Of a DNA stretch of 64,000 nt, positions 22,961 through 36,600 are shown piece by piece. The notes below the pieces were generated by a model. It saw only the letters and a program-made list of their open reading frames with translations. It had not been told where the DNA came from and made no database searches. Both the position numbers and the translations under genes were made by a program. Origin of the DNA: Macrostomum lignano (lineage: Eukaryota); contig NIVC01000413.1 of the NCBI GenBank assembly GCA_002269645.1, forward strand, positions 124,001 to 188,000, read 5' to 3'. Position 1 is the first letter of the stretch. The number at the start of each line of letters is the position of its first letter.

Positions 22961-25900
22961 ATGCAATTGCAAATTCTACTTGGGCTTTTGTTAAGCATTG
23001 CCATTGTTAGTTGCAATGGCCTGACAATGTCTGGCTACCTGTCCAAGGTAGACAAAGCTCGCCTAGCTGGAGTATTTAAAGCCTCTTGGCCTCTTGATGA
23101 CGCTGCCACAGCTCACTATGCTCTGCTGGGCTTGACAACTCTTGGCGTTGATGCCCCATCTGGAGTATGTGAGGTGGTGAAGAAATCGGCGAATCCCTCT
23201 AACATCGAAGCCGCTTATCACGCCTCAGTGGCCGCCAGTCTGGCTAAGCCAGCCTGCAGTTTGGGCGGCGCTCTCAAAGGTCTCGAAGCCCGTTTAGATG
23301 ATGCCAGTCTTAGCGCAGAATCTCTGCTACAGTTGGTTACGACTCTGAAGAATGAGAAACTACCGTTAGATGCTAAGAAAGTTCGCTCTGTTATGGATCG
23401 ATTGCTTAAAGACGATTCTAGCGCCGGGACAGTGGCTTGCGTCCTGCTCGCTGGACTGCGGATCGGTTTGGATAAGGCTGACCTAGCCAAGTTCAAAGGC
23501 GATATGAAGGACGCCCTGCTGCAGGCTGATGAGTCGGATGGACAGTATCTGTACTATGATAAGGGAGTCTACACCACTGCTTTGGTTACTGAGGCTCTGC
23601 TCAAGGTGACTTTTTGGCTGTTTTGATTGCGGCCCACATCCCGAAGGACCTTGTAGGATGATAGCGGCCCACAGCCCGAAGGGCCTTGTAGGATGATAGC
23701 GGCCCACTGCCCGAAGGGCCTTGTAGGGTGATAGCGGCCCAAAGCCCGAAGGGCCTTGTAGGGTGATAGCGGCCCAAAGCCCGAAGGGCCTTGTAGGGTG
23801 ATAGCGGCCCACTGCCCGAAGGGCCTTGTAGGATGATAGCGGCCCACAGCCCGAAGGGCCTTGTAGGGTGATAGCGGCCCAAAGCCCGAAGGGCCTTGTA
23901 GGGTGATAGCGGCCCACTGCCCGAAGGGCCTTGTAGGGTGATAGCGGCCCACTGCCCGAAGGGCCTTGTAGGATAATAGCGGCCCACTGCCCAAAGGACC
24001 TTGTAGGGTGAGTGATAGCGGCCTACAGCCCGAAGGACCTTGTAGGGTGGTGAGTGATAGCGGCCCACAGCCCGAAAGACCTTGGAGGGTGAGCGATAGC
24101 GGCTCACAGCCCGAAGGACCTTGTAGGATGGGTGATAGCGCCCACTATTTAAAGGATTTCGAAGAGGAAGGCGCGGTTGTCTCTCCATGAAGGGCCTTAG
24201 TCCCGATTTTCAAATGTCGGGATTGTAAATTGCAAAGTTTCCATCTAATCACAGCTAAAATCACTGTGTTTTGACCACCCAACCATCTCTTAAATAAAAC
24301 CGCAGACCACCGACAAGCTGGGCGAAGCTGTGGCCCCAGCCGACAAGCTGGTGAAACTGGCCAATTATCTGCTTAGCCGTCGGCAGATTTATCAGTTTAA
24401 ATCGGCCGCCCAGCTGCTCGTGGCATTGAAATCGTTTGCCGATAGCAGCGTCCAATCGCCAGTTGTGCTGTTTTTGAAGAGCGGCGCCACTCTGTCCAAA
24501 TCTAGCGGCTCCGGCGTGGTGTCCGTTCAACTAGCCGACGTCTGGGGCCGTCCAGTAAGCCCGGCCGGCGCCTCCATGACCCTGGCCAGCGCTAAAAACA
24601 CTGGCAGCGGCGCCGTGTTTCTTAAAGACGCCGCCATGTCGGTTGCTTTAGCCTCTGAGCGTTCGGTTTTCAATATCGATTTTATGAAGGCTAAGCCTAC
24701 TGTGGGATTCTATCAGCTGGCTGTGTCGGCTAAGTCTAGCGAGAAACGATTCCTATTCCCTGCTTCGATTGCTCTGCAAGTCAAGGTTGTGTCCACAGTT
24801 GCCGTGCAGTCTATGGAAGTGGCCGTGGCCGATCGGGACCAGCAGTCGGCTCCCGTGCCCGTTAAGCTGACCTATCCGGCCAAGGCTAAGAGTCAGCTGG
24901 AGGCCGATTCTCATCAGCGACTGTCTGCTAAGTTTCAGGTGAGTATTCGCTTTTTCTCTAGCACTACTCTGTTGGCTCAATTTGCTGCGATTTTAATTAT
25001 ATGGCTGTCCATTGTATACCACTTTTCTCCAATCCTATCCCTAATCAGATCACTATGTCTGGCGACAACACTCCGGTAACTGTGCATCAGGCTTTTATCC
25101 GACTCAACCATCTGACCGCCAATAAAGAGGCCATCTTTGTTGCCGAGCCCGATAAGGACAAGGTGAGCTGAACTATATTGTCCACATAATTAAGCCCTAA
25201 TAATTACTAGAATCCGCCCCCCCAATAATCACCATAATCCGCCCCAATAATATCCGTAATCCGCCCATAATAAACTCCATAATCCGCCGCCAATAAATTC
25301 CATAATCCGTTCCCAATAAACTCCATAATCCGTTCCCAATAAACTCCATAATCCGCCCCTGACAAACTCCATAATCCGCCCCCATTAAACTCCATAATCC
25401 GCCCCCAATAAACTCGATAATCCGCCCCTGATAAACTCCATAATCCGCCCCCAATAAACCCCATAATCCGCCCCAATAAACTCCATAATCCACCCCCAAT
25501 AAACTCCATAAACCGCCCCAGCAATCACCACAATCCGCCCCAACAAACTCGATATTCTGCCCCCAATAAAAACCACAATCCGCCCCAATAAAATCCACAA
25601 TCCGCCCCAATTAAAATCCACAATCCGCCCCAATAAAATCCATAATCTGCCCCAATGAAATCCATAATCTGCCCCAATGAAATCCACAATCCGCCCCAAT
25701 TAAAATCCACAATCCGCCCCAATAAAATCCATAATCTGCCCCAATGAAATCCATAATCTGCCCCAATGAAATCCACAATCCGCCCCAATTAAAATCCACA
25801 ATCCGCCCCAATAAAATCCATAATCCGCCCCAATAAAATCCACAATCCGCCCCAATAAAATCCATAATCCGCCCCAATGAAATCCACAATCCGCCCCAAT

Positions 25901-27168
25901 AAAATCCACAATCCGCCCCAATAAAATCCATAATCCGCCCCAATGAAATCCACAATCCGCCCCAATAAAATCCATAATCTGCCCCAATAAAATCCATAAT
26001 CCGCCCCAATGAAATCCATAATCTGCCCCAATGAAATCCATAATCTGCCCCAATGAAATCCACAATCCGCCCCAATTAAAATCCACAATCCGCCCCAATA
26101 AAATCCATAATCTGCCCCAATAAATCCATAATCCGCCCCAATGAAATCCATAATCTGCCCCAATGAAATCCATAATCCGCCCCAATGAAATCCACAATCC
26201 GCCCCAATAAAATCCCGCCCCAATAAAATCCATAATCTGCCCCAATGAAATCCATAATCTGCCCCAATGAAATCCACAATCCGCCCCAATAAAATCCATA
26301 ATCCGCCCCAATGAAATCCACAATCCGCCCCAATAAAATCCATAATCCCCCAATGAAATCCATAATCCCCCAATGAAATCCACAATCCGCCCCAATAAAA
26401 TCCATAATCCGCCCCAATGAAATCCACAATCCGCCCCAATAAAATCCATAATCCGCCCCAATGAAATCCACAATCCGTCCATAATAATCCGCCCCAATTG
26501 AATTGAAATCCACAATCCGCCCCCAAAAGGGGCACCTACATCGCACTCAAGAATTGCCATCCAGAACCGCCCCTAACAAAAGCATCTCAACATAAAATTC
26601 GCCCCAGACGTACAAGTTCAGCGTTGACCTGGCCACCGGTGGCAAGAACCTGGACTACCTGTCCGGCCTATACGCCATGGAGTTAATCGTTGGCGATGCT
26701 CTGATTGACAAGTCTCTAGTTTGGCACCTGGCCGACGTGAAGCTGGACCTACCAGATGAAGCCAATAAGCCTGGCGCAGTTGCCACCCCGCAAGAGACCG
26801 AGCGAGCCGCTCTGAAGCCTAAGCCGGAGATTAAGCACGTGTTTAGGCAGCCGGACAAAATGGCACCGGCCTCTATTGCTATGGGCTTCACCATCCTGTG
26901 CCTGGCTCCGCTAGCCATCTTACTAATCCTGTGGGCTTATCTCGGCGCTAATCTATCCGGATTTGTCACCTCAGTGCCGGCTCTATTGTTCCACATCGGC
27001 CTAGCCGGTATATTAATCCTATACTTCTTCTATTGGAGCTGTCTCAATATGTTTGAAACCCTGCGCTATCTGTGCCTATTGGGCGTGCCAACTTTTATCT
27101 GCGGCAATCGCCTGCTGAGATCGCTGGCCTCCGGCGGCTCTGGGGGTGAGAAGAAAATTGCCGAGTGA
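22961..27168 (+). CDS. RPN2: Ribophorin II (oligosaccharyltransferase subunit), about 650 aa
   Basis: Exons 22961-23605, 24306-24938, 25049-25162 and 26608-27168, all phase 0. N-terminal signal peptide; HQAFIRL...FVAEPD; ELIVGDA; KPEIKHVFRQPDKM; three C-terminal TM segments. Confidence 0.93.
23627..24150. repeat. 35-bp minisatellite in RPN2 intron 1
   Basis: (GGGCCTTGTAGGGTGATAGCGGCCCACTGCCCGAA)n. Confidence 0.95.
25210..26525. repeat. About 22-bp minisatellite in RPN2 intron 3
   Basis: (AATCCGCCCCAATRAAATCCAY)n. Confidence 0.96.
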
Positions 27169-27549
27169 AAAAAATGCTTAATGGATTGATAGACAATTGA
27201 AGTTTCGAACTATGCAGGCCTGTTTGGCTGGTTTATATTAATAGTTTTTTTGGGGTCATTGTCTTTATTGTCTATCATTAGTTTTGTTATAATAGGCTAG
27301 ACCAAATTTATCGTTAACTAAATTTATTCTCGGTTGTCGTTGAAAATATTTATGTATTTTCTTCTTTCCCACTGTTTCGTGTTTCTACTCTATCTAAGGA
27401 GTGTTCTCTGTTTTATTAGCTGCTATGCATTGTTAAAGTCGCAATTATTGAAGCTAATATGTGCATTAAATTCCATAGTTAGTGGTGACATTGCTTTACA
27501 ATATTAATTTAGATGTTATGTACATCTAGATTAGATACACTAAAATGAT

Positions 27550-28150
27550 GTGGCGTTATTGTAATCTAGATTTGGCGCCACTGTAATCTAGATTTGGCGC
27601 CACTGTAAACTAGATTTGGCGGCATTGTAATCTAGATTTGGCGTCATGCAAGTCTAGATGTGGCGACGTTGTAATCAAGATTTGGCGCCATTGTAATCTA
27701 GATTTGGCGCCACTGTAAACTAGATTTGGCGTCATGCAAGTCTAGATGTGGTGCCGTTGTAATCTAAATTTGGCGCCATTGTAATCTAGATTTGGCGCCA
27801 TTGTAATCTAGATTTGGCGCCATTGTAATTTAGATTTGGCGCCATTGTAATCTAAATTTGGCGCCATTGTAATCTAGATTTGGCGCCATTGTAATCTAAA
27901 TTTGGCGCCATTGTAATCTAGATTTGGCGCCATTGTAATCTAAATTTGGCGCCATTGAAATTTAGAATTGGAGCCATTGTAATCTAGATTTGGCGTCATT
28001 GTAATTTAGATTTGGCGCCATTGAAATTTAGAATTGGCGCCATTGTAATTTGGATTTGGCGCATTGTAATCTAGTTTTGGTGTCATGCTAGTCTAGATTT
28101 GGCGTCATGCTAGTCTAAATTTGGCGCCATTCTAATCTAGATGTGGCACA
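27550..28150. repeat. 22-bp minisatellite
   Basis: (TGTAATCTAGATTTGGCGCCAT)n. Confidence 0.95.
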
Positions 28151-29919
28151 CTTCAACTCAACCTCTATATTAGACTTGGGCTCCTTTCGAAATAGACATG
28201 GCGTGGATTAACCAAATTGCATACGGTGGCGACCTCCAGTTTTATTTTATTTGCTATAATAAAAAAGCGTTATCAATCATTTAAACAAATCCATTCAGTT
28301 ATGTTTGTCTATGTGCCAAAGTAAGTCCAACCATTTTCATTGCCTTTGCAGCCCCAGTTCGCTCGTAATATGTAAGATTATTTAATAAATAAAGTTACTC
28401 AAGCCTACTTATAGTAGTTGCTTAGTTTAATATCTTTTCTACGGCCAAAGCGGGTACGCTCCAGTCCGGTTCTTGTTTTTGCGTAAATTAATTTTAATTC
28501 ATATTTATATTGAAATATTCTCTCAATTGTTTCTGTTGTCTTGCTTATAGCAGTGTCCCGATGTCTGTCTGTCTGCCTCTGTCTGTCTGTCATATTCTTG
28601 TTAGTTTTTTTAATGCTGACTTTTACTGGATTGTATTGAACGGAAAGTTTGCATTATTAAGGTTTGGATAGTAGCTCCCTAAGTAGGTTTGTCTTTGTAG
28701 TTTTTTAAGTAGTTTTAAGCAGATTTTGCTTAATTGTCTAACACGGTCTCTGGGTTACATTGATTGCATTATATTAAAATAAAATTACTAATTAAAAAAG
28801 GTTAATAATTTCCTTTTGGTATGAAATTCTGTGTAAGTGTTGTATGCCATATTCATATATATTAGTACGTTGCTTAGTATATTTATATGTTGTTTTGCGT
28901 TAATTGTTCGCTTTCCTAGAATTTGATTCACCTTAGCTTATTAGTATAGTTTTGAAGTAGTTTATCTCTCTCGCCGTTAAAAACAATTTTAGCCTTTTTT
29001 GCCTCTTGTTTGTTATCATTTGTAAGCATCAATCAATCTACGATATGGATCACAGAAGAACTACCGAGGATTCTGCAAATTAGATCTATAATTGTTACGA
29101 ATTATAAAAAAAACTGAAGCATACATTGGTAGTCCTACTGTTGATCAGTGGTAGTATGCATAGCGCATGCCGGTTATTTGGAAATGTTTTTGTCAATACA
29201 CCAAAAAAGGTCAATAAATGAAACAAAATATTTTTTCGCTTCACATTTGAGATTGATTATACCAGTTGCAATATGTGTATGTCGGCTATACTACATTTTC
29301 TTTTAACTAGAACAGGATGTACTCTTAATGTTCTTCTCTGCTTGTTTATTTCTGAATTTCTGGCTAAACTGTTTCATTGCTTTTGTTTTCCTATATTATT
29401 CACACATTGTCTTAGTCAATACTGTCTCTATTTGGCACTCTGTTAATTTTTTAGGGGTGAGTTGTAGTAGGTTATATTTGATTATTATTTCGTGTGATGC
29501 TAATTTGTATTTTGTTGAACAAATATATAACAAATTTGTCATCTTTTTGCTAAATAAAAACAGATTTCTACTGACGGGCAGGCATATCGTGACTCTCAAT
29601 GGTTCAAATTGACATGCTACCATTAGCCATTAACTGTTGCAAAATATTCTACTGTTAGAGATTTTCGAAGGGATATTGTTTCCTTTTTTAGTCCATAATT
29701 TTGCTGTTGTTCCCTAGTTAGGTCCCTGTTTAATGCCGACTTGTGACCAAACTTATAACATCTAAATTAATATCCATCATATATTAACATTATTGAAATA
29801 TAATAAAATAATGTGGGAATATATCTATTGTCCGTACTGACTGACTTTTTTTATTTTGTCTTGTCTTGCTTTTTGGCTTGAATTTTGACCAAATTTTGTT
29901 TAGATAACACTTTGTCTTG

Positions 29920-30482
29920 CCTAAGTACCCTCAGTTCAGCACCCTCAGTACCCTCAGCACCCTAAGTACCCTCAGTCAAGCACCCTCAGTACCCTCAGTT
30001 CAGCACCCCCAGTAGCCTCAGTTCAGCACCCCCAGTATCCTCAGTTCAGCACCCTCAGTACCCTCAGTTCAGCACCCTCAGTACCTCAGTTCAGCACCCT
30101 CAGTACCTCAGTTCAGCACCCTCAGTACCCTCAGTTCAGCACCCCCAGTAGCCTCAGTTCAGCACCCCCAGTATCCTCAGTTCAGCACCCTCAGTACCCT
30201 CAGTTCAGCACCCTCAGTACCCTCAGTTCAGCACCCTCAGTACCCTCAGTTCAGCACCCTCAGCATCCTCAGTTCAGCACCCTCAGTACCCTCAGTTCAG
30301 CACCCCCAGTATCCTCAGTTCAGCACCCTCAGTATCCTCAGTTCAGCACCCTCAGTATCCTCAGTTCAGCACCCTCAGTACCCTCAGTTCAGCACCCTCA
30401 GTACCCTCAGTTTAGCACCCTCAGTACCCTCAGTTCAGCACCCTCAGTACCCTCAGTTTAGCACCCTCAGTACCCTCAGCTC
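29920..30482. repeat. 23-bp minisatellite upstream of CPSF1
   Basis: (CAGCACCCTCAGTACCCTCAGTT)n. Confidence 0.96.
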
Positions 30483-30664
30483 AACCCCTCCAGCTCCGCA
30501 TCTACGCCAATGCAGTTGTACAGTGGATTTATAACCTTCACGATGCATTAGCCAGAATGAATCATTGTTACATTCTTATGTGCAATTTTATAAATATAAC
30601 TATAAATATAATTGCTATCCGCTGCTATCGTTCACAGGTGGCGCACCTGTTGACGTCATCAAGC

Positions 30665-33600
30665 ATGTACAACATGAACAATCCTTATGGCATGCCGCCG
30701 CCTCAGCATATGGGCATGCCGCCTCCGCCACCGCCTCATCAAATGCCGCAAATGCAAATGCCGCCAATGATGATGCAGCATCAGCAACAGCAGCATCAGC
30801 AGCAGTACATGCCTCCTATGCCGCCTATGCATATGGCCTATCAGCAGATGATGCAACAGCAGCCTCAGCATCACATGATGGCGCCGCCGCCAGTACAGTC
30901 TCCGATGTCTATGGCCGGTTTCCCTATGCAAATGCAGCAGCCGCCAATGTCAATGCCAATGTCTACTATGCCTACTCAGATGCAGATGCCGCCGCCTGGG
31001 CAGATGTCTATGCCAGCAATGCCGATGTCTGTGCCGCCACCCGGTCAGCCAATCATGCATCAAATGCAGCAGCAGCGACCGATGCCTCCCACTTCTATGC
31101 CGCCGCCGCCGATGCAGTTTCCGACTCAGTCTCAGAGCAGTCAGCAGCAGCAGCAGCAGACGCCCGGATCTCAACAGCAGAATCCATCATATCAGCAGCA
31201 GTTGTCTTCAAGCTCAATGCCGTCAACTTTGCAGTCGTTACAACAGGTATCTATACCGTCAGTTGTTGCTGACTCAGCCGCTGCAGCCACCGTTGCGTCA
31301 CCGATCGCTGTTGCGATGGAAACGCAGCAACAGCAGCGGCAGAACCAACAGATACCGTCGCCTCCTCCATCGCCAACGTCAATCCTAGCAACAGACCACG
31401 TGTCGGCCTCGCAGACCACTCAGCAATACATTCAACAGAGTATATTTAAAAGTTATTCGCCAGATTTTCGAACCGTATTAAAAGAATTACATCCGCCTAC
31501 GGCTGTTACTCATTGTTTATACTGTCGATTAATGTCGCCCAGAGACCAGCAGCTGCTAGTATTTAGCGGCCATCTGCTTCGTGTCTATCGCCTTGTAGAG
31601 GCCGGTACAGATGAACTTGGCGCCAATGCCGACGCCTCCCATAACAGCAGCGGCGGAGCAGCTCTTGACTTTGTCTACGGTGTTGAATTCTACTCACCCG
31701 TGCTAGATGCACTAGCCTTGCCAGCCACGTGTCTAGATAAACGCGACTCGCTACTCTTAGCTTTTGAAGAGGCCAAATTGTCCGTTGTTGAATTCGACGA
31801 TTCCACTAGAGAATTGCGGGCTACATCTTTGCACACGTACGAAGATGTCAAGTATAAAGATGCCAGACGCCAGTTCACCAGGCCGCCAATGCTTAGATTA
31901 GATCCGCAACGATCTTGCGTTGTTATGCTAGTCTATGACAAGCATCTGGCTGTGCTGCCGCTGCGCAGACAGCTAGTTGGCGTGCCCGAGCTCGACGCTA
32001 AACCAGCCGTTCTGCCGTCCTACGTTCTACCCTTATGGGATCAGGCTGAAGCTATTGTCAACGTAGCTGATGTACAGTTTCTTAATGGCTACTACGATCC
32101 GACTGTGTGCGTGTTGCACGAACCAATTGGCACTTGGAGTGGCCGGGTAACTGCTAGACACGACACTTACCGGATTACGGCTATGTCGCTAAATCCAAAG
32201 GATAGGGTGAGGCGATTGATTTTCTGATATTTTTATGGTACTGACCACTTACCAGTAGGAGAAAAATGTATTTCCTAGGGTCTTCAAACTTTTTTACTTC
32301 GAGGGCCAGGTAGAGAACCTAGCGCATGACTGCGGGCCAGAGGATGGGAGAGTAGAAATGAGAGGAAGGGGGAGGGGAGGAGAGGAGAGAGCAGAGCAGA
32401 GAAAGAAGAGAAGGGGAGAGGAGGTAAGAGAAAGAGAGGATAAAAAAAGAGACGAGAAGGAGAAGAGAGAAGAGAGACGAGAAGGTAGAAGAGAAGAGAT
32501 GAGAAGGTAGGAGAGAGGAGAGAGGAGAATGTAGGAGAGAAGAGAGACTAGAAGGTAGAAGAGAAGAGATGAGAAGGTAGGAGAAAAGAGAGAGGAGAAG
32601 GTAGGAGAGAAGAGAGACGAGAAGGTAGGAGAGAAGAGATGAGAAGGTAGAAGAGAAGATATGAGAAGGTAGGAGAGAGGAGAGAGGAGAATGTAGGAGA
32701 GAAGAGAGACTAGAAGGTAGAAGAGAAGAGATGAGAAGGTAGGAGAGAAGAGATGAGAAGGTAGGAGAAAAGAGATGGGAGAAGGTAGGAGAGAAGAGAG
32801 ACGAGAAGGTAGGAGAGAAGAGAGACGAGAAGGTAGGAGAGAAGAGAGAGGAGAAGGTAGGAGAGAAGAGAGACGAGAAGGTAGGATAGAAGAGAGAGGA
32901 GAAGGTAGGAGAGAAGAGAGAGGAGAAGGTAGGAGAGAAGAGAGACGAGAAGGTAGGATAGAAGAGAGAGGAGAAGGTAGGAGAGAAGAGAGACGAGAAG
33001 GTAGGAGAGAAGAGATGAGAAGGTAGGAGAGAAGAGAGACGAGAAGGTAGGAGAAGAGAGAGAGAAGGTAGGAGAGAAGAGAGCTGAGAAGGCTAAATGT
33101 CCTGCAGGCCGAGCAGCTCAGCGATAAACCTGCTTGACTCTGGAGCCACGATCACAGCTGGTTCGAATCCGTTCGTAGTCACATTTGGTGATATTGTGCA
33201 CTAGAAATTGGCCGAGACGATTAGAAAGTCAAGGAGCCGCTGTGCACCCTATGTGAGCGTGACTGTACAGAATTGGCGCTCTTGCATGTGCTCAGGATCC
33301 AGTGGAATGGACAGAATTGCCGTCAGCACTGGTTGCGGTATCAACTCATTCCTTCATTTTTCTCCCCGCAGACAAATCCAATAATCTGGTCTCAAGCCGG
33401 CCTACCATTCGACTGCTTCGCTCTGCTTCCAGTGCCCAAGCCGATTGGCGGCCTAGTTGTATTGGCCCGAAACAGCGTTATCTATCTGAATCAGAGCCAG
33501 AGACCCACCGGCTTAGCTTTGAATAGCAACATTAATAATAGTACCAGCTTTCCATTGCGCAGAGTCTATCCGCCAACGCCTCGTCTGAGTCTGGACGGCG

Positions 33601-36600
33601 GCAAAGCAATATTCTTGCCAAACACTGGCGGCCGGCAATTCTTAGTTGGCGTACGAGACGGCAGTTTCTACGTGTTCACTCTGTACATCGACTCCGACAT
33701 GCGCCAGTTGAACGGCTTCCACTGGGAGCCGGTCGGGAAATCTTCGCCGCTGTCTTGCTTTGCTATGCTAACAGCTATGGAAGCTGAGACTGCCGGCCTC
33801 ACTATCGGAGCTAATCCGGCCGACGTCACTGATAGCGGCGGCATGTTGTTTGTTGGTTCGTTTGTGTCGGATTCCGAATTAGTCCGTTTAGTTGGCACCG
33901 GACCAATGCCAACGCCTGTGCAGTTTACTAATGGCGACGCGTCTGCCGCGGCCGCTGCACCGACAGCTCCGGCTACCCCGCCTCCGCCGCCGTCGCCTCC
34001 AACCATAGACGATGACGATGACAATGAGAATGTTGAAGAAGATGACGATATGCGGGATAATAGTAAAGCAACTGAGCACAATGATGAGGATGAAGGCGAT
34101 GGAGATGCTAATGAAGAGCCTCAGAATCCTCAGACCGATGAAGCTGATGTAGAAATCAAACAGGAAGAAGAGGACAATCATTCCGAAGCAACAGTCGCGA
34201 AACGGCGTCGTCTTGAATCGTCTTTCTCAAACACGTCGCTAGTGTCTCCTCCTCCTCATACTAGTGCTGCTCAGGACCAAGATGAGTCAGTGGACAAGCC
34301 AACTGTTAATCCGGCGGATTCCTTGAATGAGGACAGTCAACAGGCGCCGCCTTCGTTGATGTCGCAATCGTCCGTGACACCGTCCGAGCAGCAGCAGCAG
34401 CAGGAGGAGCCGCCTCAGCAGCCGCTTGGCGTGCCGCAGGTGTCCGATCCAGAGCTTGACGAAATCTACGAAACAGAAGAGGCGGCCAGCCGATCGGATC
34501 CGACTAAACGATTCCAATTAGATCGATGCGATTATTTGCCAAATGTTGGGCCAATTGGCGAGCTCACGGCCGCTTATATACAGGGCATGTTCGATAATTT
34601 CCTAGTGAAAGAGTCGGCAAATCTTGAATTATTAACCTCCTATGGACACGCTGAGCACGGCGGTATTAACTTGTTGCAGCGCAGTGTTCGGCCTCTAATT
34701 CATTCTAGCTTTGAGATTCCCGACTGCTCAAGCCTGTGGTCACTCTACGGCGACAGGCGGCGGCCTTGGCAGTTCGAGAGCAACGCCGAAGAAGATGAGG
34801 AATGCGAAGGTCACGGCTATTTAGTGCTCAGTAGAGAGGAGACTAGTCTGGTGTTTCAGGTCACGGACGAAATTGCCGAGCTGGAGGATTCAGGATTTTC
34901 TACTAGCGAGCCTACTCTGTGGGCTGCGGATGTTGGCGACGATCTGAGCTTGCAGGTGAGCAGCATCACCTCCACCCTCCCAGATCCTCAGTTGCTGGGC
35001 CAGCCTCCCAGATCCTCAGTTGCTGGGCTAGCCTCTCAGACCTCAGTTGCTGGGCCAGCCTCCCAGATCCTCAGTTGCTAGGCTAGCCTCCCAGATCCTC
35101 AGTTGCTGGGCCAGCCTCCCAGATCCTCAGTTGCTAGGCTAGCCTCCCAGATCCTCAGTTGCTGGGGCAGCCTCCCAGATCCTCAGTTGCTGGGCTAGCC
35201 TCCCAGATCCTCAGTTGCTGGGCCAGCCTCCCAGATCCTCAGTTGCTAGGCTAGCCTCCCAGATCCTCAGTTGCTAGGCCAGCCTCCCAGATTCTCAGAC
35301 AGGGCTTAAACTTACCTTTATACTGTCTTAATCAGCTATCTCACTAACCCCCTCCAACTACTCAGGTGTGCCCGTCCTCAGTCCGCCTCCTTCGCGGCAG
35401 CCAGCAGGTGCTGGTGCAGCCGTTAGAAGAGCGAGCCCGCCTAGTCACCGTCTGCGATCCGTTCGTCCTCATAGTAGATGAAACTGACGGCTTCCTACTG
35501 CTGGAGGTGATCGGCGAGACCCTCAGAACGGAGAGGCCAACAGTGCAGCAGTACAGCTTTGCCACCGCCATCGCCATCACGGATCATCCGTTCCTGCGCT
35601 TGCATAGGAAACCTACCGCTGCTGATGATGGCGCTGCCGATTTTGCCGACTCCGCTGCCACGGCCGCCGCTGCAACCTTCGATCCTCTAGAAGAAGAAGA
35701 CGTCCTGCTGTATGGCGACGCTCTAAGCGAACGCGCCCGCCGGCCAGCCGCTCCGCCGCCGCCGCCAACTTACGATTCAGATTGTCAAACAACTCACTGG
35801 GCAATTGTGTGCTACGAGAGCGGCGCGTTAGAGATTTATCAATTGCCTGATTTTGTTTGCTGTTTCGCTGCTAAAGCCTTCTCCGATGGGCCAAGGCTGG
35901 TCACGGATGCTAGTCTGTTGGCCGCTACACAGGTCGGCGCTGGCGGCGTTGACACCGCGACTGGTGCGTCGCTTCCGACAGCTGCCGCCGCCGATGACGA
36001 TGTGCCGCCAGAGGTCAGTTGTTAACGAAGTACATTGCGGATTTTTGGACATGGTTGTAGGCAAAATTTGGACTTTGCATGATTCAGACACTCTTGCCTC
36101 AGCACCCGTGATTCAGACACTCTTGCCTCAGCACCCGTGATTCAGACACTCTTGCCTCAGCATCGTGATTCAGACACTCTTGCCTCAGCATCCGTGATTC
36201 AGACACTCTTGCCTCAGCATCCCTGATTCAGACACTCTTGCCTCAGCATCCGTGATTCAGACACTCTTGCCTCAGCACCCGTGATTCAGACACTCTTGCC
36301 TCAGCACCCCTGATTCAGACACTCTTGCCTCAGCACCCCTGATTCAGACACTCTTACCTCAGCACCCCTGATTCAGACACTCTTGCCTCAGCACCCCTGA
36401 TTCAGACACTCTTGCCTCAGCATCCGTGATTCAGACACTCTTGCCTCAGCATCCGTGATTCAGACACTCTTGCCTCAGCACCCGTGATTCAGACACTCTT
36501 GCCTCAGCACCCCTGATTCAGACACTCTTGCCTCAGCATCCCTGATTCAGACACTCTTGCCTCAGCACCCCTGATTCAGACACTCTTGCCTCAGCATCCG

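Noticed and set aside
23627-24150. Each 35-bp unit has a GGGCC...GGCCC mini-stem and TAG|GGTGAT splice-like text
   Set aside because: A 5-bp stem is expected by chance in GC-rich monomers, and the splice-like motifs are weak.
28400-29900. Possible decayed CR1-like LINE remnants on the minus strand
   Set aside because: There are only vague motif echoes, in the wrong order and broken by stops.
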